NCBI GenBank assembly: GCA_034717915.1
Contig: JAYEME010000162.1
Span: 5,868-65,871, forward strand
Origin: Thermodesulfobacteriota bacterium
GTDB taxonomy: Bacteria > Desulfobacterota > Desulfuromonadia > Desulfuromonadales > Geopsychrobacteraceae
Length of the DNA stretch: 60,004 nt
Direction of reading: 5' to 3'
Shown: positions 9,022-16,966 of the stretch, piece after piece
Layout: each line of letters opens with the position of its first letter
Position numbering within the stretch: position 1 is the stretch's first letter
Made by a program: the position numbers and the translations under genes
Notes under the pieces: generated by a model
The model's input: only the letters and a program-made list of their open reading frames with translations
What the model was told of the DNA's origin: nothing
The model's database searches: none

Positions 9022-9164
9022 TGTTTTTGCTCCTTGGGTGCCACAACATATTCAGAGCGCTCTTTAAACTCTTCCTTTTTGCCGCGATTCCACTGTTGAA
9101 CGGGTCGAAAAAAACCACAGACCCGTGAATAAACTTCAGTTTTCCCATCACACTTTGTTGCCAT
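9018..9164 (-). CDS. Stand-alone NrdD glycyl-radical domain (48 aa), the second piece of a split class III RNR
   Basis: Manual translation MATKCDGKTEVYSRVCGFFRPVQQWNRGKKEEFKERSEYVVAPKEQKH; AGGAGG RBS at 9171-9176. Matches the EVYSRVxGYxRPVxxWNxGKxEEF C-terminus of NrdD, which the upstream nrdD lacks. Confidence 0.92.
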   Translation of the reverse strand: MATKCDGKTEVYSRVCGFFRPVQQWNRGKKEEFKERSEYVVAPKEQKH

Positions 9165-9222
9165 TGCGAACCTCCTCACTTTTCAGTTAGTGGTGAATGT
9201 TTGTGTCATGTTATGGATGACA

Positions 9223-11211
9223 CTAGGCCGCCTGTCCCTCCTGATGGTGGGGGCAGGAAAAATGTTCACCCGCTATGTAGCCATGCACCGGGCAAATAGT
9301 AAAAGTTGGACTCAAGGTAAAATAGGGGAGATGGAAATTTTCAGAAATTCGCTTAACCAGAAGCCGCGCACTGCGCCAATCCTCCAACCGCTCTCCCAGA
9401 AAACCGTGAAATACCGTACCGCCGGTATAAAGGGTCTGCATCCCGTCCTGATGGGTTAAGGCCTCATAAATATCTTCAGTTATCCCAACCGGCAGTTGAG
9501 TTGAATTTGTATAGTAGGGCTCTTCATCTCCGGCACAAATAATCTCGGGATAGCTCTGTCGATCACGATTAGCGAGTCGGAAACTGGTTCCCTCTGCCGG
9601 GGTTGCTTCCAAATTATAGAGATGCCCGGTCTCTTCCTGGAACGCCCCAAGCTGTTTGCGCATATATTCAAGGGTTGCCTGGGATAGAGCCTGACCTTCA
9701 TCACTCTCGATCCCGCTGCCAAACAAGTTGAGACAGGCCTCATGCATACCGATCAAGCCGATGGTAGAGAAGTGGTTATCCCAGAAGTTGCCGCTCCGCT
9801 CACGAATTGCCGACAGGTAAAACTTACTGTAGGGATAAAGACCATCGGCAGTAAAACGCTCCAACTGCTTACGCTTAATTTCCAGCGACTGAAATGCCAG
9901 CTTCATCAATTTGCTGATCCGGGCAAAGAACTCACCCTTATCATTGGCGAGATAGGCAGCCCGTGGCAGGTTAATGGTGACGACGCCAATCGATCCGGTC
10001 ATCGGGTTGGAGCCAAACAGTCCACCTCCGCGCCGGCGCAGTTCACGATTATCAAGGCGTAGCCGACAACACATGGAACGGGCATCTTCTGGATCCATAT
10101 CGGAATTGACAAAATTACTGAAGTAGGGAATCCCGTATTTCGCCGTCATCTCCCAGACAGGGCGAAGTCGATCGCTCTCCCAGTCAAGATCTTTAGTAAT
10201 GTTATAGGTTGGAATCGGAAAAGAAAAAATCCGCCCCGAAGAGTCGCCCTGCATCATCACTTCACAGAAAGCCCGATTCAGCATATCCATTTCGGACTGA
10301 AATTCGCTGTAGCAACGATCCATCAATTCGCCGCCGATGACCACCGCCTCTTGAGCCATATTCGACGGCACCATCATATCCATAGTGATATTGGTGAATG
10401 GCGTCTGGAACCCGACCCGGGTCGGCACATTCATATTGAAAACGAACTCCTGCAGTGACTGCAACACTTCAACATAGCTGAGTTTATCGTAGGCAATGAA
10501 GGGTGCCAGCAGCGTATCGAAGCTGGCAAATGCCTGAGCACCGGCTGCTTCTCCCTGCAGGGTATAGAAGAAATTGACCGACTGCCCCAAAGCGGTGCGG
10601 AAATGTTTCGGTGGAGCGCTTTGGACTTTTCCGTAAGCTCCGGTAAATCCTTTTAACAGCAGATCCTTCAGATCCCAGCCACAGCAGTAAACCGACAACA
10701 TTCCCAGATCGTGGATATGAAATTCGCCATCACGATGGGCATCGGCAATGTCATCAGGATAGATTTTATTCAACCAGTAGTTGCTGGTAATATTGGCGGC
10801 AATATGATTGTTAAGCCCTTGCAACGAGTAACCCATATTGGCATTCTCGTTAACCCGCCAGTCTTCGCGCACCAGGTAGGAATCTATTGATTCAATCGAC
10901 TCGCGCATGAATTCGCGGGTCTGGCGCAAGCTTTCGTGTTGTTTGCGATAGAGAATGTAGGTTTTGGCCGTTTTCGCATGGCCATTTTCGATCAGAATCT
11001 TTTCAACCAGATCCTGTACGTTTTCGACGGTTGGAACCCGTCCATCTTTATAGAGGACAGAAAGGATCCCGCCAACCTGGCGGGTGATATCAGAAACTCT
11101 CTCAAAATCATCACCACCAACAGACCGAACAGCCTTGATAATAGCCTGAGAAATTTTATCTTCAACATACGGAACCAGACGACCGTCACGTTTACGAATA
11201 AACTCTACCAT
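9223..11211 (-). CDS. nrdD: Class III anaerobic ribonucleoside-triphosphate reductase, catalytic part (ATP cone plus barrel), lacking the glycyl-radical tail
   Basis: IRKRDG ATP cone, NENAN, HIHDL, SMCCRL finger loop, LEATPAEGTS, YYTNS, YTGGTVFH; ends at CPVHGY...CPHHQEGQAA*. ATG at 11211 preferred over the track start at 11223. Confidence 0.95.
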   Translation of the reverse strand: MVEFIRKRDGRLVPYVEDKISQAIIKAVRSVGGDDFERVSDITRQVGGILSVLYKDGRVPTVENVQDLVEKILIENGHAKTAKTYILYRKQHESLRQTREFMRESIESIDSYLVREDWRVNENANMGYSLQGLNNHIAANITSNYWLNKIYPDDIADAHRDGEFHIHDLGMLSVYCCGWDLKDLLLKGFTGAYGKVQSAPPKHFRTALGQSVNFFYTLQGEAAGAQAFASFDTLLAPFIAYDKLSYVEVLQSLQEFVFNMNVPTRVGFQTPFTNITMDMMVPSNMAQEAVVIGGELMDRCYSEFQSEMDMLNRAFCEVMMQGDSSGRIFSFPIPTYNITKDLDWESDRLRPVWEMTAKYGIPYFSNFVNSDMDPEDARSMCCRLRLDNRELRRRGGGLFGSNPMTGSIGVVTINLPRAAYLANDKGEFFARISKLMKLAFQSLEIKRKQLERFTADGLYPYSKFYLSAIRERSGNFWDNHFSTIGLIGMHEACLNLFGSGIESDEGQALSQATLEYMRKQLGAFQEETGHLYNLEATPAEGTSFRLANRDRQSYPEIICAGDEEPYYTNSTQLPVGITEDIYEALTHQDGMQTLYTGGTVFHGFLGERLEDWRSARLLVKRISENFHLPYFTLSPTFTICPVHGYIAGEHFSCPHHQEGQAA

Positions 11212-11315
11212 TGTACCCCTCACTGCCTGCTTGCAGAGAAAATAATATCAACAAAAAAGATCAGATTGTAACGTCGAAGACACTAACATAAGTTTCGGAG
11301 TGTCCCAAGACAAAA

Positions 11316-11363
11316 TCACAACATCTAGTATATTTTTTACTATCTCAACACAATATATTGTCA
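11316..11363. promoter_or_regulatory. Tandem NrdR boxes upstream of nrdD
   Basis: TCACAACATCTAGTAT (11316-11331) and ACACAATATATTGTCA (11348-11363), 32 bp apart, match acaCwAtATaTwGtgt; weaker third site at 11370-11385. Confidence 0.8.
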
Positions 11364-11522
11364 ATCAACTGTGAATATATTGTGGACATAAAGGGTTAAG
11401 TTCCAGCAATTACGACAGCTTTTCGAGGGACTCTTAAAGTGATGATTTAACCAACAGATTGGATATAAAAATGTGGGGATAAGAAGAGAAAAGAACAAGG
11501 GATCTTGTAAATATGTATGGTT

Positions 11523-12485
11523 TCAGGTAGAAAAATATTTCTCCAATAATGCCGAAAAACGTGCAACAGTTGTTGCCCGTTTCAGCTTACCGATATCGCG
11601 CTGCAAGCAATCATCAGGGATAAAATTCAGCAGATCCTTCAGCTTCATCAGAGCCTGACGTTCGCCACAAAACTTCACCAGATAGCGAGGCACTAAGTCA
11701 CTCAACAACTGAAATAGATCACTTCGTCGTTGCGTCTCATCAATTTCACCCGGCAACTCTCCGCGAATCCTCTGGAACAACCAGGGATCGGCCAACGCGC
11801 CCCGGCCAAGCATCAACCCGACGACTTCAGTTTCCTGCAATAACCGCTGTCCGGTTGCGGCACTATTGATATCACCATTTGCGATAATCGGCAGACTGGT
11901 TCGGCTGGCAGCTTCGGCAGTTAAATCATGATCGGCCCAGCCAGAATATTGTTGCATCACAGTGCGCGGATGGAGGATCAGATAATCGACACCGGAGTCC
12001 TGGTAAACTGGCAACAGTTCAAACAGCTGCTGAGGATCACTATATCCAGCTCGACACTTGATCGAAAAACTCCCGCGGATTGATTGCCGGAGAGCAATTA
12101 ATAATTCAGCGAGATTTTCTGGTTCTCTAAGCAGCTCACCACCAGTTGCCCCGGTCGTCATCCGGCCATAAGGGCAACCAAGATTCAGATTCAGATGGTG
12201 GCAGCCAGCATCCTGAACCTGTTTTGCCGCCTCTGCCAAAGCCAGGTTATTGTTACCGATTAACTGCACAACCAGTGGAGTAGCAGAGTTATGGGCTGCA
12301 ATTTCGGTCAGCTCAGCGCGGGCAATCCGTTTTCGAGATTGAGTGTGCACCCGCACAAACTCGGTAAAAACAATATCGGGATGATAACGTTCAATGTAGC
12401 AAGCACGCAGAGCATCATTGGTCAGCCCCTGCATCGGTGCCAGCATCAACGGGGTTGATCCCTCAGACCAGGGAAGAGGGTTCAT
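11523..12485 (-). CDS. tRNA-dihydrouridine synthase family protein
   Basis: LAPMQG, VQLIG, NLNLGCP, ILHPRT, IIANGDI, MLGRGALADPW. Confidence 0.92.
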   Translation of the reverse strand: MNPLPWSEGSTPLMLAPMQGLTNDALRACYIERYHPDIVFTEFVRVHTQSRKRIARAELTEIAAHNSATPLVVQLIGNNNLALAEAAKQVQDAGCHHLNLNLGCPYGRMTTGATGGELLREPENLAELLIALRQSIRGSFSIKCRAGYSDPQQLFELLPVYQDSGVDYLILHPRTVMQQYSGWADHDLTAEAASRTSLPIIANGDINSAATGQRLLQETEVVGLMLGRGALADPWLFQRIRGELPGEIDETQRRSDLFQLLSDLVPRYLVKFCGERQALMKLKDLLNFIPDDCLQRDIGKLKRATTVARFSALLEKYFST

Positions 12486-12721
12486 TGGTTCTCTCGAGGG
12501 ATGAATGGACGCAACAGTTCTTCAAGACCATTAACCTTGATTTCGTAAATCTCCCGCAATTGCCGCCCCAGCAACCCACCCGGAAGTTGCTGACCAACCA
12601 GCCAAACAACGTAGGGTTCCGGCAAATCAACCAAGAACCTTCCGGCATGTTTGCCATAAGGCATGCGTGCTGCAGCTAGTTGTCGCAATTGTTGTGGATC
12701 AGGGCAAACGACTTCAGACAT
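12482..12721 (-). CDS. DUF3820-family small protein
   Basis: MPYGKHAGRFLVDLPEPYVVW...YEIKVNGLE; ATGA overlap with dus. Confidence 0.8.
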   Translation of the reverse strand: MSEVVCPDPQQLRQLAAARMPYGKHAGRFLVDLPEPYVVWLVGQQLPGGLLGRQLREIYEIKVNGLEELLRPFIPRENQ

Positions 12722-12748
12722 AACTTATCCCCAGCTATTCCTATATCG

Positions 12749-12810
12749 CAGGGTGTTGAAAAACGTTTTCGAGGCCGCAATCGCAACGCAGAAAGTTTTT
12801 CAACAACCTG
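12749..12810. repeat. 62-bp element with 16-bp terminal inverted repeats (MITE-like)
   Basis: CAGGGTGTTGAAAAAC ... GTTTTTCAACAACCTG (15/16 match). Confidence 0.6.
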
Positions 12811-12957
12811 ATAGGTAAACACCAAAATCAATTTGTATCATAAAGACAGATAATTACTCCACGATAACCGGATAGAGAAAAAAAGCATCCCAATCACAAC
12901 AAAATTACTGTATAATAATGTGTATTTCTTAAACTTCTGCCTCGTTATGGATTTTTG

Positions 12958-15261
12958 ATGCGTTTGCTTGGAAGATTTCTCATATCTCCCTGGTTGCTTT
13001 GCCCGCTTATGGGACTGCTGCTTCTCGGGGCATCACTCATCGATCATCCTACCCTGTTAAAGCTGGAATATCCCATTTACGATCAATTGCTTAAGTTCAG
13101 AACAGCTCCCAGCGATGATCGAGTCGTATTGATCACCATCGACCGATACAACCGTTCCAGCCCGGAAAATCATCTTGATTCAGATAGAAATCTGACTGCA
13201 CTGATCAACAAAGTTTATCAACTTGGGGGCAAAACGATTGCCCTACTCGATCCCCCCAGTTTTCCTGAAAACTTGCCGACCGAATCCCTGCTGCCCTCGG
13301 CAGATCCAGTCGCAGATCCACAGCAACTACTCCTCAGTGGGCTAAATCCATTATCCCATTACCGGATAAACTTCCCAGAAAACTGGAATATTACACCCAA
13401 GGGAGTGAGCAGCGATCAAACCCTGTCAGCCGGACATCTGATATTTTTCCCCGACGCAGATGGAAAAATCCGCAGCCAAGCCTTATTAATCCCCCGGAAC
13501 AATCAGTTGAACCCCTCACTCCCCCTGCAACTGGCAATTTTAGCCCAAGGGGAAAAACTACAAAAGTTGCAAACGATTCCACGAGAACTGACCGGAAACC
13601 TACAAACCAATACATTACAGATTCCAGTCATCGGTCACTATCGCATGCTCTTGGATATTCATTCTGAACATTCCTTTTTCCTAACATACAAAGGCTCTGA
13701 TCTGCTGCAAGGCAGCCTGAAACAGGGTCTTCTGAAAGAAAAAGTTGTCCTTATTGGTCCCTCCAACAGTTACGGAGATCGGCACCTGGTTGCTGGATAT
13801 GGCAGTATGAATACCAGCGAGCTTGCTGCCCTGACAACGGCAACACTGTTGGCAAACTCGGCACCTGAACGGCCAAGTTGGGCATGGCTTCTGGAAACGG
13901 CGGTTCTCCTCTACTTCGTTCTTCTCCTTACGCTACTTGTTCCCAGACTCTCATTCCGTGCCGGGCTCGCGGTTCTGCTGCTATTTTTAGCCAGTTGGGC
14001 TCTGGTTGTTGCAGGAGCTTTAACTATATTCGGTGTCTGGTTGAAAATCATTCCAACCATCATCCTCTGTCTAAGCGGTTTTACTCTGGTGCGTTGGCAG
14101 ATCGGAAATCAGGAAAGAGACCAGCGAAAACAAGAGAACTACAGGATTACTGCCCAACGGTTTCAGGAACAGGGGCTACTTGACCTGGCATTGGAAAAAG
14201 CACTTTTGCTTGAGCCAAAGATCAAATCGAGCAAGGCCATGCTCTACAGTCTGGGGCTCGAGTTTGAACGCAAACGGATGCCACATAATGCCATTTCCAT
14301 TTATCAGCATCTGTTGCAAGCGGGTCGCTTCCGTGACACTAAAACCCGACTTAAACGTTTGGAAATGCCTGAACAGACAACTGTCCCGGGGCAAGATGAC
14401 AATGCCACAGTTATTCTGAATCATTCCGGTGAGAAACCGACCCTGGGTCGTTATCGCATTGAGCGTGAACTTGGCCAGGGAGCCATGGGAACCGTTTATC
14501 TTGGCATCGATCCAAAAATCAACCGTCAAGTTGCGGTTAAAACCCTCTCCTTTCTACAGGTTGATGCGGGGGGATTGGCTCAAGTCAAAGAACGTTTTTT
14601 CCGGGAAGCGGAGGCCGCTGGCAACCTCAACCACCCGAATATTGTTACGATCTATGACGTAGGAGAAGAAGCCGATCTGGCCTTCTTTGCCATGGAACTG
14701 CTCGAAGGAAAAGATCTGAGTCACTACTGTCACCCTAAAAAACAGCTGCCGATTGTCCAAGTGGTCAACATTATCTTTCAGGTAGCTACTGCTCTTGACT
14801 ATGCCCACAGGAAAGGGATTATCCATCGGGATATCAAACCCGCGAATATTGTCTTACTCAATGAGGAACAGATTAAAGTGACCGATTTTGGTATCGCACG
14901 AATCGCAACCAGTTCCCGGACGGAAACCGGAATCATCCTCGGTACCCCCAGTTATATGTCGCCAGAACAGGTGGCGGGGAAAAAAGTGGATGGTCGCTCC
15001 GATCTTTTTTCTCTCGGGGTTGTCATGTATGAACTTCTCAGTGGCGAAAAACCGTTCCAGGGTGAAAGTATGACGGCACTGATGTACAACATTTCCAACT
15101 CCAACTACCGACCATTAGCGGAAATCTGTCCAAAGCTACCTGCTCCCTGCTACACTATTGTTGACAAGCTTCTGCAAAAAACCTTTACGCGGCGCTTCAA
15201 GTCCGCCGTAATTCTCCAACAAGAACTGCTAGCTCTACAAAAAAAGTTGGATAAATCATGA
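12958..15261 (+). CDS. CHASE2-like sensor / membrane Ser/Thr (Hanks-type) protein kinase
   Basis: N-terminal TM, D.DGKIR and KVVLIG CHASE2-like motifs, three TM, then LGQGAMG, VAVK, HRDIKPAN, DFG, GTPSYMSPE. Confidence 0.92.
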   Translation: MRLLGRFLISPWLLCPLMGLLLLGASLIDHPTLLKLEYPIYDQLLKFRTAPSDDRVVLITIDRYNRSSPENHLDSDRNLTALINKVYQLGGKTIALLDPPSFPENLPTESLLPSADPVADPQQLLLSGLNPLSHYRINFPENWNITPKGVSSDQTLSAGHLIFFPDADGKIRSQALLIPRNNQLNPSLPLQLAILAQGEKLQKLQTIPRELTGNLQTNTLQIPVIGHYRMLLDIHSEHSFFLTYKGSDLLQGSLKQGLLKEKVVLIGPSNSYGDRHLVAGYGSMNTSELAALTTATLLANSAPERPSWAWLLETAVLLYFVLLLTLLVPRLSFRAGLAVLLLFLASWALVVAGALTIFGVWLKIIPTIILCLSGFTLVRWQIGNQERDQRKQENYRITAQRFQEQGLLDLALEKALLLEPKIKSSKAMLYSLGLEFERKRMPHNAISIYQHLLQAGRFRDTKTRLKRLEMPEQTTVPGQDDNATVILNHSGEKPTLGRYRIERELGQGAMGTVYLGIDPKINRQVAVKTLSFLQVDAGGLAQVKERFFREAEAAGNLNHPNIVTIYDVGEEADLAFFAMELLEGKDLSHYCHPKKQLPIVQVVNIIFQVATALDYAHRKGIIHRDIKPANIVLLNEEQIKVTDFGIARIATSSRTETGIILGTPSYMSPEQVAGKKVDGRSDLFSLGVVMYELLSGEKPFQGESMTALMYNISNSNYRPLAEICPKLPAPCYTIVDKLLQKTFTRRFKSAVILQQELLALQKKLDKS

Positions 15262-15998
15262 AACTTCAAGTTTGTGCGATAACAGATGTTGGCCTGGCAC
15301 GGGAAAGCAATGAGGATCTATTCTTCGTCGATGAAAAACAGGGACTGTTTATTGTTGCCGATGGAATGGGAGGGCATGCCGCTGGTGAGATTGCCAGCCA
15401 GATAGCGGTAGAAACCGCCTGTCAATCCTTGCAGGAAGCAGACCAGGGCAACCCTCCAAAACAACTCAGCCAAGCGATAGAGAAAGCTAATCGGGCGGTT
15501 GAACTGGCAGCAGAGGGGAATAAGGCATGGCAGGGCATGGGAACAACCCTGACCATACTCCTTCTGCATCAACAACAGGGATATCTTGCCCATGTTGGTG
15601 ACAGCCGGATCTACCGTTTGCGAAACTCACAATTTGAGCAATTGAGTGATGATCATTCTCTGGTCGGAGAGCAGCTGCGTCAGGGAATTCTCACTCCAGA
15701 ACAAGCAAAGACTTCAACCTTGGGAAATATTCTTTTGCAGGCAATCGGGATTACCCCAAAGCTGGATATTTGTCAAAAAAACATCCCCCTGACCGCTGGA
15801 GATCGATTTCTTCTATGCAGTGACGGTCTGACCAACATGGTCTCCGATCCAGAAATAGAAAAAACTCTCAAACAATCAGGTTCATTGGAGCCTCTCTGTG
15901 AAGCCCTGATCAAAAAAGCAATTGCCGCAGGGGGCAAAGATAATATCACCGTTATCGTGTTACAGATCGATCAACTAGAAGGATTTGAATCTAAATGA
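15258..15998 (+). CDS. PP2C-family Ser/Thr phosphatase (Stp1/PrpC-like)
   Basis: NED, VADGMGGH, GMGTT, HVGDSR, LLCSDGL, GGKDNIT; ATGA overlap with the kinase. Confidence 0.95.
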   Translation: MKLQVCAITDVGLARESNEDLFFVDEKQGLFIVADGMGGHAAGEIASQIAVETACQSLQEADQGNPPKQLSQAIEKANRAVELAAEGNKAWQGMGTTLTILLLHQQQGYLAHVGDSRIYRLRNSQFEQLSDDHSLVGEQLRQGILTPEQAKTSTLGNILLQAIGITPKLDICQKNIPLTAGDRFLLCSDGLTNMVSDPEIEKTLKQSGSLEPLCEALIKKAIAAGGKDNITVIVLQIDQLEGFESK

Positions 15999-16011
15999 AA
16001 AGGAGAATGTC

Positions 16012-16386
16012 ATGCTAAAAATCGAATTGACGTATCAAGGAAAAACCCTGGCAACATATAAAACAGAAAATGAGCAAATCAGCATCGGCCGTAACTCAAA
16101 AAACGATATACACATTGACAATCCAGCAGTCTCAAGTTCCCATGCCGTTATCAGAAAAGTGATGAATACTTACTTTATTGAAGATCTGGGGAGCACTAAT
16201 GGAACTTTCGTCAATGAAACAAAGATTGATCAATACGAATTACTCCATGGTGATGAAGTTATCATTGGCAAGCACAGTCTGGGATTCCACTACGGCAATG
16301 GCGTCAGTCAAAACCCGGCTGATTTCAATAAAACCGTGATTCTTGATACCCGGAAACAAAAAGAGTTGCTGGACAAGAACCGTTGA
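16012..16386 (+). CDS. FHA domain protein
   Basis: IGR, VSSSHA, DLGSTNGTFVN; ATG at 16012 after AGGAG. Confidence 0.92.
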   Translation: MLKIELTYQGKTLATYKTENEQISIGRNSKNDIHIDNPAVSSSHAVIRKVMNTYFIEDLGSTNGTFVNETKIDQYELLHGDEVIIGKHSLGFHYGNGVSQNPADFNKTVILDTRKQKELLDKNR

Positions 16387-16399
16387 TTTTTCTGCACGC

Positions 16400-16428
16400 T
16401 TTCCCCCTCCCTCAGGGAGAGGGGGAAA
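16400..16428. terminator. Hairpin between convergent genes (putative bidirectional terminator)
   Basis: TTTCCCCCT...AGGGGGAAA stem. Confidence 0.55.
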
Positions 16429-16436
16429 TTGGGGCA

Positions 16437-16751
16437 CTATTTAACGTGACAGCGCTTACAGCTCTTTTTCGCTGCAAAAGCACGGGTACCATCATGACAC
16501 ACGCCACACTGTTCGCCGGCATAAATCTTATCCATTTTAATTTCGACTGTTCCCTTTTTCATCTTTGGAAACATCTCCTTATTGTGGCAATCTTTACATT
16601 TAAAACCTGCTTCACTGTGAATCTTCCCGGAAAATTCAACTGGCCCCATCGAGGACTGATCAAAAGTCAGGCTTTTATTTTTAGGAACGGCAATAACAGC
16701 AGTGGCGGCACAAAAGAGTAAGATTGTCAGGAGTAGCATGCTTTTTTTCAT
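16437..16751 (-). CDS. Periplasmic triheme c7-type cytochrome
   Basis: Signal peptide; CKDCH, CGVCH, CKRCH; G.V.FS..H and IKMDKIYAGEQC pattern of c7/nanowire triheme domains. Confidence 0.9.
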   Translation of the reverse strand: MKKSMLLLTILLFCAATAVIAVPKNKSLTFDQSSMGPVEFSGKIHSEAGFKCKDCHNKEMFPKMKKGTVEIKMDKIYAGEQCGVCHDGTRAFAAKKSCKRCHVK

Positions 16752-16966
16752 CTAATTATCCTTTTTTGTTAGAGATATGTTCGTGATGTTTTCAGAAAAC
16801 ATTTTAAACCATAAGCGGAATCAACTATTGTCGTCAATACGGAGAGAGTGAATAAAAATTAGAAACATATTAAAAAAATATAAAATAGGGTAGTATACCT
16901 TATTTGCTATCTATAGTGATTACTCTCGCAATAGCCATAAAGACGAACTCAGACAGAGGAAATACC

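Noticed and set aside
8882-9151. 89-aa minus-strand ORF between nrdD and nrdG
   Set aside because: Wrong frame; the real gene is 9018-9164, with an RBS and the NrdD radical motif
9164-9225. Amber read-through (pyrrolysine) or an intron joining nrdD to the radical domain
   Set aside because: TAG is followed by TGT CAT CCA TAA in frame, the downstream gene is in another frame with its own RBS, and the 58-nt spacer is too short for a self-splicing intron
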